DNA of 64,000 nucleotides from Escherichia coli (GTDB lineage Bacteria; Pseudomonadota; Gammaproteobacteria; Enterobacterales; Enterobacteriaceae): NCBI RefSeq assembly GCF_003019035.1, contig NZ_CP027447.1; one strand, 5' to 3'. Shown piece by piece: positions 46,772 to 58,581 of this stretch (position 1 is its first letter; each line of letters starts with the position of its first letter). The notes under the pieces were generated by a model. It saw only the letters and a program-made list of their open reading frames with translations, ran no database searches and was not told where the DNA came from. The position numbers and the translations under genes were made by a program.

Positions 46772-46794
46772 TTATCCACTATTCCTGTGGATAA
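46772..46794. promoter_or_regulatory. Pair of inverted DnaA-box-like sequences in the uvrB upstream region
   Basis: ttatccact ... tgtggataa (TTATCCACA-type) read directly. Confidence 0.55.
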
Positions 46795-47096
46795 CCATGT
46801 GTATTAGAGTTAGAAAACACGAGGCAAGCGAGAGAATACGCGGCTTGCACGCGAATTGGCGTTAAAGACGGCTCAAAGAAATATCTTTTATTTTTTAACT
46901 GGTTAGATAATTGCAATGGCAGTCACTGAAGAGGCATCTCTTGCCATAAAACTGTCATCACTCATCTTGACAAATGTTAAAAAAGCCGTTGCTTTGGGGA
47001 TAACCCGGTAAGGCCGGAGTTTTATCTCGCCACAGAGTAAATTTTGCTCATGATTGACAGCTGAGTTTACGCTGTAACAGAAATATTATGGTGAGA

Positions 47097-47116
47097 AACT
47101 GTTTTTTTATCCAGTA
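47097..47116. promoter_or_regulatory. LexA (SOS) box overlapping a uvrB promoter
   Basis: CTG-N10-CAG (aactgtttttttatccagta) immediately followed by a tataat -10 hexamer; uvrB is an SOS gene. Confidence 0.8.
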
Positions 47117-47190
47117 TAATTTGTTGGCATAATTAAGTACGACGAGTAAAATTACATACCTGCCCGCCCAACTCCTTCAGGTAGCGACTC

Positions 47191-49212
47191 ATGAGTAAAC
47201 CGTTCAAACTGAATTCCGCTTTTAAACCTTCTGGCGATCAGCCAGAGGCGATTCGACGTCTCGAAGAGGGGCTGGAAGATGGCCTGGCGCACCAGACGTT
47301 ACTTGGCGTGACTGGCTCCGGGAAAACCTTCACCATTGCCAATGTCATTGCTGACCTTCAGCGCCCTACCATGGTACTTGCGCCCAACAAAACGCTGGCG
47401 GCCCAGTTGTATGGCGAAATGAAAGAATTCTTCCCGGAAAACGCGGTGGAGTATTTCGTCTCCTACTACGACTATTATCAGCCGGAAGCCTATGTACCGA
47501 GTTCCGACACCTTCATTGAGAAAGATGCCTCGGTAAACGAACATATCGAGCAGATGCGTTTGTCCGCCACCAAAGCGATGCTGGAGCGGCGTGATGTGGT
47601 TGTGGTGGCATCGGTTTCCGCGATTTATGGTCTGGGCGATCCTGATTTATATCTCAAGATGATGCTCCATCTTACGGTCGGTATGATTATCGATCAGCGC
47701 GCGATCCTGCGTCGACTGGCGGAGCTGCAATACGCTCGTAATGATCAAGCCTTCCAGCGCGGTACTTTCCGCGTTCGTGGGGAGGTGATTGACATCTTCC
47801 CGGCAGAATCGGATGACATTGCACTTCGCGTGGAACTGTTTGACGAGGAAGTGGAACGATTGTCGTTATTTGATCCGCTCACCGGGCAGATTGTTTCCAC
47901 TATTCCACGTTTTACCATCTACCCGAAAACGCACTACGTCACACCGCGCGAGCGCATTGTGCAGGCGATGGAAGAAATTAAAGAAGAACTGGCTGCCAGA
48001 CGCAAGGTGCTGTTGGAAAACAACAAACTGCTGGAAGAGCAGCGGCTGACCCAGCGTACCCAGTTTGATCTGGAGATGATGAACGAGCTGGGCTACTGTT
48101 CGGGGATTGAAAACTACTCGCGCTTCCTCTCCGGTCGTGGACCGGGTGAGCCACCGCCGACGCTGTTTGATTACCTGCCTGCCGATGGGCTGCTGGTGGT
48201 CGATGAATCTCACGTTACCATTCCGCAAATTGGCGGCATGTATCGCGGTGACCGGGCGCGTAAAGAGACGCTGGTGGAGTACGGCTTCCGCCTGCCATCA
48301 GCGCTGGATAACCGTCCGCTGAAATTTGAAGAGTTCGAAGCATTAGCGCCGCAAACCATCTATGTTTCGGCGACGCCGGGTAATTACGAGCTGGAAAAAT
48401 CCGGCGGCGATGTGGTGGATCAGGTGGTGCGTCCAACAGGCTTACTTGACCCGATTATTGAAGTGCGTCCGGTAGCGACACAGGTCGATGATCTTCTATC
48501 GGAGATTCGTCAGCGAGCGGCAATTAACGAACGCGTACTGGTTACAACTCTGACCAAGCGGATGGCGGAAGATCTCACTGAATATCTCGAAGAACACGGT
48601 GAGCGCGTGCGTTATCTTCACTCAGATATCGACACCGTCGAACGTATGGAGATTATCCGCGACTTGCGTCTGGGTGAGTTCGACGTATTGGTAGGGATCA
48701 ACTTACTGCGCGAAGGTCTGGATATGCCGGAAGTGTCGCTGGTGGCGATCCTCGACGCTGACAAAGAAGGCTTCCTGCGTTCCGAACGTTCGTTGATCCA
48801 GACCATTGGTCGTGCGGCACGTAACGTTAACGGTAAAGCGATTCTCTACGGCGATAAGATCACCCCATCAATGGCGAAAGCGATTGGCGAAACCGAACGT
48901 CGCCGCGAGAAACAGCAGAAGTACAACGAGGAACACGGCATTACGCCGCAAGGCTTGAACAAGAAAGTGGTCGATATCCTGGCGCTGGGGCAGAACATTG
49001 CCAAAACCAAAGCGAAGGGCAGAGGAAAATCGCGCCCGATTGTTGAGCCAGATAATGTGCCGATGGATATGTCGCCTAAAGCGTTGCAGCAGAAGATCCA
49101 TGAACTGGAAGGGTTGATGATGCAACACGCGCAGAATCTGGAGTTCGAAGAAGCGGCGCAAATTCGTGACCAGTTGCATCAGCTGCGTGAGCTGTTTATT
49201 GCCGCGTCGTGA
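47191..49212 (+). CDS. uvrB: Excinuclease ABC subunit B
   Basis: 673 aa helicase-like protein, Walker A GVTGSGKT. Confidence 0.98.
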
Positions 49213-50218
<1,006 letters not shown>

Positions 50219-50442
50219 TTAACCTGCCAATATTGAGGATACAAACTATTTTCTTCTACCTCTAAAGGACGATGTACGCTATGCCTTCCTGATGATGTAT
50301 ATCAAAGTAAAACCGCCATTTTCCCTTATTCTGTAGCGAAATAGCACGATCATGACGCTATATACATGATTACATAGCGAAAGTGTGGATGGTAAAAATC
50401 TCATTTACACGCTAGTATCGGCTTAACCACTAAACACTCTAG

Positions 50443-50554
50443 CCTCTGCACCTGGGTCAACTGATACGGTGCTTTGGCCGTGACAATGCTCGTAAAGATT
50501 GCCACCAGGGCGAAGGAAGAAATGACTTCGCCTCCCGTATCTGGAAAGGTGTAC
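50443..50554 (+). promoter_or_regulatory. Molybdenum cofactor (Moco) riboswitch in the moaA 5' leader
   Basis: Sequence CCUCUGCACCUGGGUCAACUGAUACGGUGC...GGAAAGGUGUAC immediately upstream of the moaA ATG matches the Moco RNA motif as I recall it; boundaries approximate. Confidence 0.7.
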
Positions 50555-51544
50555 ATGGCTTCACAACTGACTGATGCATTTGCGCGTAAGTTTTACTACT
50601 TGCGCCTGTCGATTACCGATGTGTGTAACTTTCGTTGCACCTACTGCCTGCCGGATGGCTACAAACCGAGCGGCGTCACCAATAAAGGCTTTCTTACCGT
50701 CGATGAAATTCGCCGGGTTACGCGCGCCTTCGCCAGTCTTGGCACCGAAAAAGTCCGTCTGACGGGCGGTGAGCCATCTTTACGCCGCGACTTTACCGAT
50801 ATCATCGCCGCTGTGCGGGAAAACGACGCTATCCGCCAGATTGCGGTCACCACCAATGGTTACCGTCTGGAACGCGATGTGGCGAACTGGCGCGATGCTG
50901 GACTTACTGGCATCAACGTCAGCGTTGATAGTCTGGACGCCCGCCAGTTTCATGCCATTACCGGGCAGGATAAATTCAACCAGGTCATGGCAGGAATCGA
51001 TGCTGCATTTGAGGCCGGTTTTGAGAAGGTCAAAGTCAATACCGTGCTGATGCGTGATGTTAATCATCATCAGCTCGACACCTTTCTGAACTGGATCCAG
51101 CATCGCCCTATCCAGCTGCGTTTCATCGAATTGATGGAAACGGGCGAGGGCAGCGAGCTCTTCCGTAAGCATCACATCTCTGGTCAGGTTCTGCGTGACG
51201 AGCTACTGCGTCGCGGCTGGATCCACCAATTACGTCAACGCAGCGACGGTCCCGCGCAAGTCTTTTGTCATCCGGATTACGCCGGAGAGATTGGCCTTAT
51301 CATGCCGTATGAAAAAGACTTCTGCGCCACTTGCAACCGCCTGCGCGTTTCCTCCATTGGTAAACTCCATCTCTGCCTGTTTGGTGAAGGCGGCGTTAAC
51401 CTGCGCGATCTGCTGGAAGACGATACCCAGCAACAGGCGCTGGAAGCGCGTATTTCAGCGGCGCTGCGGGAGAAAAAACAGACCCATTTCCTGCATCAAA
51501 ACAACACCGGTATTACGCAAAACTTATCGTACATTGGTGGCTAA
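50555..51544 (+). CDS. moaA: GTP 3',8-cyclase (radical SAM)
   Basis: [31 protein letters not shown]...; start trimmed to 329 aa. Confidence 0.97.
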
Positions 51545-51565
51545 AACGTCAAAAGGAGAGATCAG

Positions 51566-52078
51566 ATGAGTCAGGTAAGCACTGAATTTATCCCGACCCG
51601 TATTGCTATTCTTACGGTTTCTAATCGTCGCGGTGAAGAAGACGATACCTCCGGTCACTATCTGCGCGACTCGGCGCAAGAAGCGGGCCATCACGTTGTC
51701 GATAAAGCCATTGTGAAAGAAAACCGCTACGCTATTCGCGCTCAGGTATCTGCGTGGATCGCCAGCGACGATGTACAAGTGGTGTTGATTACGGGTGGTA
51801 CTGGCCTGACGGAAGGAGATCAGGCTCCCGAAGCGCTGCTGCCGTTGTTCGACCGTGAAGTTGAAGGTTTTGGTGAAGTGTTCCGGATGTTGTCGTTCGA
51901 AGAGATTGGCACTTCCACGTTGCAATCTCGTGCGGTAGCGGGCGTCGCTAACAAAACGCTGATTTTCGCCATGCCGGGTTCGACCAAAGCGTGCCGTACC
52001 GCATGGGAAAATATCATTGCGCCGCAGCTGGATGCCCGTACGCGTCCGTGTAATTTCCATCCACATTTGAAGAAATAA
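51566..52078 (+). CDS. moaB: Molybdenum cofactor biosynthesis protein B
   Basis: 170 aa matching MoaB. Confidence 0.96.
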
Positions 52079-52080
52079 GT

Positions 52081-52566
52081 ATGTCGCAACTGACCCATAT
52101 CAACGCCGCTGGCGAAGCGCACATGGTGGATGTCTCCGCCAAAGCGGAAACCGTGCGTGAAGCGCGCGCCGAAGCCTTTGTCACCATGCGCAGCGAGACG
52201 CTGGCGATGATTATTGATGGTCGCCACCACAAAGGCGACGTATTTGCCACTGCGCGTATTGCCGGTATTCAGGCGGCAAAACGCACCTGGGATCTGATCC
52301 CGCTGTGTCACCCGCTGATGCTCAGCAAAGTTGAAGTCAATTTACAGGCCGAGCCGGAGCACAATCGGGTACGTATAGAAACCTTATGCCGCCTGACCGG
52401 GAAAACCGGTGTCGAAATGGAAGCGTTAACCGCGGCCTCCGTGGCGGCGCTGACCATTTATGACATGTGCAAAGCGGTGCAAAAAGATATGGTAATTGGT
52501 CCGGTACGTTTGCTGGCGAAGAGCGGCGGCAAGTCAGGTGACTTTAAGGTGGAAGCGGATGATTAA
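52081..52566 (+). CDS. moaC: Cyclic pyranopterin monophosphate synthase
   Basis: 161 aa matching MoaC. Confidence 0.96.
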
Positions 52567-52804
52567 AGTTCTTTTTTTCGCCCAGGTGCGCGAGTTGGTA
52601 GGAACAGATGCAACCGAAGTAGCTGCGGATTTCCCAACCGTTGAAGCGTTACGCCAACATCTGGCTGCGCAGAGCGATCGCTGGGCGCTGGCGCTGGAAG
52701 ATGGCAAATTGCTGGCTGCTGTCAACCAGACGCTGGTGAGTTTTGACCATCCGCTGACTGACGGCGACGAAGTGGCTTTCTTCCCGCCGGTAACCGGAGG
52801 TTAA
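52559..52804 (+). CDS. moaD: Molybdopterin synthase sulfur-carrier subunit
   Basis: 81 aa ending in the conserved C-terminal GG (…FFPPVTGG); start trimmed to MIKVLFF. Confidence 0.95.
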
Positions 52805-52805
52805 G

Positions 52806-53258
52806 ATGGCAGAAACCAAAATTGTTATCGGCCCGCAGCCGTTCAGCGTAGGAGAAGAGTATCCGTGGCTGGCGGAGCGTGATGAAGACGGTGCGGTAGT
52901 CACCTTTACCGGTAAGGTGCGCAACCATAACCTTGGCGACAGCGTCAAAGCATTAACCCTCGAACACTATCCGGGGATGACTGAAAAAGCACTGGCAGAA
53001 ATTGTCGATGAAGCGCGTAACCGCTGGCCGCTGGGGCGCGTCACGGTGATTCACCGCATCGGGGAATTATGGCCGGGCGATGAAATCGTTTTTGTCGGTG
53101 TCACCAGTGCGCATCGCAGCAGTGCGTTTGAAGCCGGGCAGTTTATTATGGATTATCTCAAAACCCGCGCACCGTTCTGGAAGCGTGAAGCCACGCCGGA
53201 AGGCGACCGCTGGGTCGAAGCTCGGGAGAGCGATCAGCAGGCGGCAAAACGCTGGTAG
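52806..53258 (+). CDS. moaE: Molybdopterin synthase catalytic subunit
   Basis: 150 aa matching MoaE. Confidence 0.96.
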   Translation: MAETKIVIGPQPFSVGEEYPWLAERDEDGAVVTFTGKVRNHNLGDSVKALTLEHYPGMTEKALAEIVDEARNRWPLGRVTVIHRIGELWPGDEIVFVGVTSAHRSSAFEAGQFIMDYLKTRAPFWKREATPEGDRWVEARESDQQAAKRW

Positions 53259-53394
53259 TTTTTTGTTAGCCGGATAAGGCACCGCTGCGTCCGGCAATTT
53301 CACCGCTCAGTATATGCGTTTACGCTGCGTCGATGCACAGCCTCATCATTTTGCAGTATCCTTAAGATATTCCTTATATCTTCAGGAGATCGTC

Positions 53395-54099
53395 ATGGAC
53401 AGATTCCCACGTTCTGATTCAATCGTACAAACCCGAACTGGCCTGCAAACCTATATGGCACAGGTCTATGGCTGGATGACCGTTGGCTTGCTGCTTACTG
53501 CGTTTGTTGCCTGGTATGCGGCTAATTCCGCGGCCGTTATGGAGCTATTATTCACCAACCGCATCTTTTTAATTGGTCTGGTAATAGCACAATTAGCTCT
53601 GGTTATTGTGTTATCAGCGATGATTCAAAAGCTGAGCGCAGGTGTAACGACGATGCTCTTTATGCTTTATTCGGCGCTGACGGGTCTTACGCTTTCCAGT
53701 ATTTTCATTGTCTATACCGCTGCTTCTATCGCCAGTACTTTCGTCGTTACTGCCGGGATGTTCGGCGCAATGAGCCTGTACGGTTACACCACGAAGCGCG
53801 ATCTAAGTGGTTTCGGCAATATGCTGTTTATGGCGTTGATCGGCATTGTGCTGGCATCGCTGGTCAACTTCTGGCTGAAAAGCGAAGCGTTGATGTGGGC
53901 AGTCACATACATCGGCGTGATTGTCTTTGTCGGATTGACGGCGTATGACACCCAGAAACTGAAAAATATGGGTGAGCAGATTGATACCCGCGACACGTCG
54001 AACCTGCGCAAATATTCCATTCTTGGCGCGTTGACCTTGTATCTGGACTTCATCAACCTGTTCCTGATGTTGCTGCGGATCTTCGGCAACCGCCGTTAA
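53395..54099 (+). CDS. ybhL: BAX inhibitor-1 (BI-1/YccA) family inner-membrane protein YbhL
   Basis: MDRFPRSDSIVQ...; seven hydrophobic segments; start trimmed to 234 aa. Confidence 0.93.
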   Translation: MDRFPRSDSIVQTRTGLQTYMAQVYGWMTVGLLLTAFVAWYAANSAAVMELLFTNRIFLIGLVIAQLALVIVLSAMIQKLSAGVTTMLFMLYSALTGLTLSSIFIVYTAASIASTFVVTAGMFGAMSLYGYTTKRDLSGFGNMLFMALIGIVLASLVNFWLKSEALMWAVTYIGVIVFVGLTAYDTQKLKNMGEQIDTRDTSNLRKYSILGALTLYLDFINLFLMLLRIFGNRR

Positions 54100-54120
54100 T
54101 TCTTTTTTCACCATCAATAT

Positions 54121-54146
54121 CCCGGCCTGGTGCCGGGATTTTTTCG
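54121..54146 (+). terminator. Rho-independent terminator after ybhL
   Basis: atcccggc-ctggt-gccgggat hairpin followed by ttttttcgg. Confidence 0.8.
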
Positions 54147-54243
54147 GATTATATAAAGGCTGTTTCGCTCATTTACATGAGAACTGAATTGCCGCAAATG
54201 CCAGACTATGTCCACTGCATAATTTCAGGGACAGATAACGCAT

Positions 54244-54948
54244 TTGAACAGACGATCCTCTGCTACTCAATTACAGCAAAAAAGCGCTTTGCTCAGAAAA
54301 ATGTTGCCCCTCATTTGGTGGTTAACAGCTGCTGGAGTATGGGCTACGGCAGGCACAGCCTGGATACTGCAGCACATGCATTGGGTTGCTTCACTAGAGT
54401 CTCCAGGCGCGTTTGTCTTCGCTTTGTCTGCGCTGATAATAATTGGTTTCTGGTTAAACAATGCGCTGAAAAGGCTCAAGGCATTAGGCGCATGTCTGGT
54501 CTATCTGCTATTAATCTTGCTTATTGGCTTTCTCTTCACCAGCCTTTTTACCTTTTCGAGCATAGCGACGGTAATGGGAATTACGGGAGGGATGTTTGCC
54601 ACAATGGCGCTGATTTTCTGTTGTATTAATAGGGCTATCCCGCCAGTCAGACAGTTATGTTTATATATCTTCTGTGGTTTGAGTATTGCTTTTGTTGTTA
54701 ACCTGATTCTCACCAGCAGTTTTTCCGTGTGGTTAGCGAGTATTTTGACTGTCGTTATCTGGGGCGTTACGGCTGCCTGTGAAGCAACAACACTGGAAGA
54801 TTTGATTCGTGTTGCCGACTTTTCTGACATTACGGGTTTTCTTCGCTGTACCGTTCCTGGAGCAATAACTCTCTATTTCAGTATTCTAACTGTGCTTTTT
54901 AGGATTGCTGTAACGCTTCTTGATTTTATTAATGGGTTAGTGTGGTAG
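54244..54948 (+). CDS. BI-1/YbhM-like inner-membrane protein, paralog 1 (234 aa)
   Basis: Polytopic membrane ORF; clearly paralogous to the next ORF (IWWLTAAGVWATAGTAWI vs IWLITALGVTATAGLAWI; CTVPGAITLYFSIL vs CAVTGALTLYYYFI). Confidence 0.8.
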   Translation: MNRRSSATQLQQKSALLRKMLPLIWWLTAAGVWATAGTAWILQHMHWVASLESPGAFVFALSALIIIGFWLNNALKRLKALGACLVYLLLILLIGFLFTSLFTFSSIATVMGITGGMFATMALIFCCINRAIPPVRQLCLYIFCGLSIAFVVNLILTSSFSVWLASILTVVIWGVTAACEATTLEDLIRVADFSDITGFLRCTVPGAITLYFSILTVLFRIAVTLLDFINGLVW

Positions 54949-55016
54949 TGCATATTGATGAATTTTTTGCGCTAATGGAAATAGATGTCGATATTTGACT
55001 TAAGGATAGAACAATA

Positions 55017-55730
55017 ATGAAGTCGCGGTCGTTAAATAACATAACTAATAAGTTCCAGCACGAAGCCAGAATATTAAACGCCATATGGCTCATTACCGCT
55101 TTGGGGGTGACAGCAACCGCAGGCCTGGCATGGATAGCTAAGTATCTCGATATCACGGCAACAAAATATGATTCACCGCAAATGTATGTCGCCATAGGAT
55201 TATTATTACTTTGTATGTATGGTTTAAGTAAGGATATCAACAAGATAAATGCCGCCATCGCAGGCCTAATATATCTGTTTTTACTCTCTTTGGTGGCGAT
55301 TGTCGTTGCAAGTTTAGTTCCTGTGCCTGCCATTATCGTCGTGTTCAGCACTGCGGGATCGATGTTTTTAATCAGTATGCTGGCAGGTCTATTGTTTAAA
55401 TTTGATCCTGGTTCTCACCGTTTTATCATTATGATGACGTTGACAGGGTTGGCCCTGGTAATCATCGTGAATGCCACATTAATGAGTGAACGACCCATTT
55501 GGGTAATAAGTTGCTTAATGATTGTCTTATGGTCAGGCATTATCTCGCATGGACGAAATAAGCTCCTTGAACTGACAGGAAAAAGCCATAGTGAAGAATT
55601 ATGGAGTCCGGTTCGTTGCGCTGTTACAGGTGCATTAACACTCTATTACTATTTTATCGGCTTCTTTGGGATTCTTGCAGCAATAGCGATGACGCTTGTC
55701 TGGCAAAGGCATACGCGGTTTCATATTTAA
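55017..55730 (+). CDS. BI-1/YbhM-like inner-membrane protein, paralog 2 (237 aa)
   Basis: As above; which of the two is the K-12 ybhM ortholog cannot be settled without an alignment. Confidence 0.8.
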   Translation: MKSRSLNNITNKFQHEARILNAIWLITALGVTATAGLAWIAKYLDITATKYDSPQMYVAIGLLLLCMYGLSKDINKINAAIAGLIYLFLLSLVAIVVASLVPVPAIIVVFSTAGSMFLISMLAGLLFKFDPGSHRFIIMMTLTGLALVIIVNATLMSERPIWVISCLMIVLWSGIISHGRNKLLELTGKSHSEELWSPVRCAVTGALTLYYYFIGFFGILAAIAMTLVWQRHTRFHI

Positions 55731-55788
55731 CGCACTTTCGACTTACGTTTAGAAATGTAGTATCTGAAATACAATAGTGGAGAATATC

Positions 55789-56145
55789 ATGCAGTTAGTT
55801 TGTACCATCGATAATAAATATATGGATAAATTTATGGCTATACTGCTTTCAGGAGTGTTACTTTCCTTGAAAGAAGGCACGATAACTATAGATGAATCTG
55901 AACTACTAGTTTTCAGACCTTTTATTTCCAGGCTTTTACACAAAAATGATTGTGATAAAGAGCTAATAGAGATAATTGATCTTGGTTGTGATCTTGAAAG
56001 TATTGAATCATTAGTTCCTGAGTATCTTGATGATGCTATAAAAAACTTAATAATCAAAACAAGTGATTTTACATATGCAATAAAAGATAGTTATCCTTTG
56101 AGTAATAAAATGGAACATGCAGTATCTTTTATGTTTAGAGATTAA
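55789..56145 (+). CDS. Hypothetical small acidic protein (118 aa) in an AT-rich insert
   Basis: ORF with GGAG RBS 7 nt upstream of the ATG at 55789 (track start 55777 is GTG); strongly AT-rich codon usage unlike flanking core genes. Confidence 0.45.
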   Translation: MQLVCTIDNKYMDKFMAILLSGVLLSLKEGTITIDESELLVFRPFISRLLHKNDCDKELIEIIDLGCDLESIESLVPEYLDDAIKNLIIKTSDFTYAIKDSYPLSNKMEHAVSFMFRD

Positions 56146-56159
56146 AAAGGTTTATAAAA

Positions 56160-56380
56160 TGTTCAAAGATAAAACTCTGGCAGCAGATATCAGCGCATTA
56201 ATGCTCAATATTGGTTCTCAATTAGATGCGTCAGTATTATATGTTCAGAAAGCTTGCGATGAATCTGAGCTTAATATTTATCGTTCCGCCGTCGGGGAAA
56301 TTATGGGGCGCATGTTAATCGATATCATGAACCCCATCTATAAACAGCATCCCGAACTTAAACCAAAAGAACTTAACTAA
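56160..56380 (+). CDS. Hypothetical small acidic protein (about 73 aa) in an AT-rich insert
   Basis: ORF following the previous one; the in-frame ATG at 56160 has an AAGG RBS; track start 56117 overlaps the upstream ORF; same frame is closed by a TGA at 56099-56101, so the two ORFs are not a simple frameshift of one gene. Confidence 0.4.
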
Positions 56381-56383
56381 ACT

Positions 56384-57340
56384 TCACATCGCCGCTTCAT
56401 TTTTCGCCCGCAGCTTCTTCGCCTGGCTTTCCAGCAACAGGTAACAGATCAGCGCCAGCAGCAGCGGGATAAAGTAATACAGCACACGGTAAGCGAGCAG
56501 GGCGGCGATAATTGTGCCTTTGGAGGTATGCTCCCCAGCCAGTAGCGCGATAAACACCGCTTCCAGTACACCAATTCCCGCCGGAATATGCACGATGACG
56601 CCAGCAATACTACTAACCAGTAACACGCCCAGTACAAAGAAATAGTTCACGCTTTGACCAAGTAACAGCCAGATAATCGCCCCCATTACCATCCAGTTAA
56701 CGCTGGAAATCAGCATCTGGGCAAGGGCGAATTTCCATGAGGGCAGCACCAGCTTTTGCCCTTTGATGGTCATATGGCGGTGCTTCGCGAAAGCGCAAAA
56801 CCACAAATAAACCGCGATAATCATCAGTAAGCCAATGCCGAGAATGCGCAGCGTGGTTTGATCGACATACCAGTGGTCCGGCAGTTCCACCACGCCTGCG
56901 GTAAAAATAATCCCTCCCAGTAAAATATATCCCAGCCAGTTGGTGGTAATACTGAGCGAGAAAATCCGCGTAATAGTGCTGCCCGGCAATCCCAGACGGG
57001 AGTACAGACGATAGCGCATACCAATGCCGCCAACCCAGGTACTAAGCGTCAGGTTGAAGGCGTAGCAGATAAACGACACCAGCATCACCTGGCGCTTCGC
57101 CAGTTTGTGACCGCAGTAAAAGCGGGCGAGCAGATCATAGCAGCCGTAAATCAGATAGCTGACGACCACCAGCCCGACCGCACTAAGCAGCGCAACGCGA
57201 TTGTAGTCGCGGATGACCTTCCAGACCTCTTCCCAGTCCACTTTTTTGGCGTAGACCACCAGCAACACAATCACCGCGATAAAAAACAGCCAGGTGAGGA
57301 TCTTCTTTGCTAAGCGCCAGCGCGGGTGTGATTTACTCAT
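56384..57340 (-). CDS. ybhN: Inner-membrane protein YbhN (lysylphosphatidylglycerol-synthase-like TM domain family)
   Basis: 318 aa polytopic membrane protein; overlaps clsB stop. Confidence 0.92.
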   Translation of the reverse strand: MSKSHPRWRLAKKILTWLFFIAVIVLLVVYAKKVDWEEVWKVIRDYNRVALLSAVGLVVVSYLIYGCYDLLARFYCGHKLAKRQVMLVSFICYAFNLTLSTWVGGIGMRYRLYSRLGLPGSTITRIFSLSITTNWLGYILLGGIIFTAGVVELPDHWYVDQTTLRILGIGLLMIIAVYLWFCAFAKHRHMTIKGQKLVLPSWKFALAQMLISSVNWMVMGAIIWLLLGQSVNYFFVLGVLLVSSIAGVIVHIPAGIGVLEAVFIALLAGEHTSKGTIIAALLAYRVLYYFIPLLLALICYLLLESQAKKLRAKNEAAM

Positions 57341-58581
57341 CAGGGTTTTACCCCCGTGTTTTCAGTTTCTACCCGATCCTGCGTTTCCATTGTCGGTTGT
57401 GCGGGGGGATCAACCTGCGCCAGACGTGGCGTGTGTGCCGGAAGCCAGCCAACCAGCGCCGGGAAGTGGCGTAAAAAGTGGAACGCCAGCACGCTTTTGG
57501 TTAGGTTCCACCAGGTGCGTTTCGGCAGCATGGTTTCATCCACCTGCTGACAATCTGCGGCGATGATGCCGTTCAGATTATCGCGCAGGGTCTGGTTAAA
57601 ATGACGATCGTGGATGATGACATTTGCTTCGAGATTCAGTGACAAACTGAGCGGATCGAGATTACTGGACCCTACTGTCGCCCAGTGATCGTCCATCAAT
57701 GCTACTTTGCCGTGGAGCGGGCGGCGGCGGTACTCAAACACCTGAACGCCGCCTTTAACCAGATAGTTATACAGCAAACGCGCACCGACTCTGACAATCG
57801 GCATATCCGGTTCGCCCTGAATGATCAGTTTGATCCGCACCCCGCGCCATGCCGCTTTACGCAAGGCGTGTAAAAATCGATAGCCGGGGAAGAAGTAGGC
57901 GTTGGCAATAATCACTTCCCGCCGCGCCTGAGTGAGCATTTTCAAATAGTGGCGTTCGATATCATCGCGATGTTCTTCGTTATCGCGCCAGACCAGCAAT
58001 ACCTGCGCTTCTCCCGGCTGGCGGTTCTCTTCCGCTTTATGATGACGTCGCCACCAGCGTCGCGCCGCGCTCTGTCTTGGCAGATTTTCCAGTTCAAACT
58101 GGAGGATATCTTCAACAATCGGCCCTTCAAGGCGTACCGCGTAATCCTGTTTGGCCTCTGGACCGTAGCTGGACATATGCTCGGCGGAGTAATTCAGCCC
58201 GCCAATAAAGGCGATAAGCGCGTCGATCACCACAATTTTGCGATGCATCCGGCGAAACACATTGGTGCGCATACCAAAAAGGCGCGGGCGGGGATCGTAG
58301 TAGCGAAATACCACGCCAGCTGCCGTCAGTTCATTGACAAACTCATCGCTGAGATCCGGCGAACCGTAGCCATCCAGCAAGACTTCCGCTTTCACCCCGC
58401 GTTGCGCTGCTGCCAGTAGCGCCGCATGCAGCTGTTTGCCGACGTCATCCTCAAACCAGATAAACGTTTCAAGAATGATGCGTTCTTGCGCCTCGCCAAT
58501 CGCCTTAAACACCGCGGGATAATATTGCTCGCCGTTTTCCAGCAACTGGATCTTATTGCCTTCGCGCCAGCTACATTTCAT
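57340..58581 (-). CDS. clsB: Cardiolipin synthase B (phospholipase D family)
   Basis: 413 aa with two HKD motifs (HRKIVVID; HGKVALMDD). Confidence 0.95.
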   Translation of the reverse strand: MKCSWREGNKIQLLENGEQYYPAVFKAIGEAQERIILETFIWFEDDVGKQLHAALLAAAQRGVKAEVLLDGYGSPDLSDEFVNELTAAGVVFRYYDPRPRLFGMRTNVFRRMHRKIVVIDALIAFIGGLNYSAEHMSSYGPEAKQDYAVRLEGPIVEDILQFELENLPRQSAARRWWRRHHKAEENRQPGEAQVLLVWRDNEEHRDDIERHYLKMLTQARREVIIANAYFFPGYRFLHALRKAAWRGVRIKLIIQGEPDMPIVRVGARLLYNYLVKGGVQVFEYRRRPLHGKVALMDDHWATVGSSNLDPLSLSLNLEANVIIHDRHFNQTLRDNLNGIIAADCQQVDETMLPKRTWWNLTKSVLAFHFLRHFPALVGWLPAHTPRLAQVDPPAQPTMETQDRVETENTGVKP

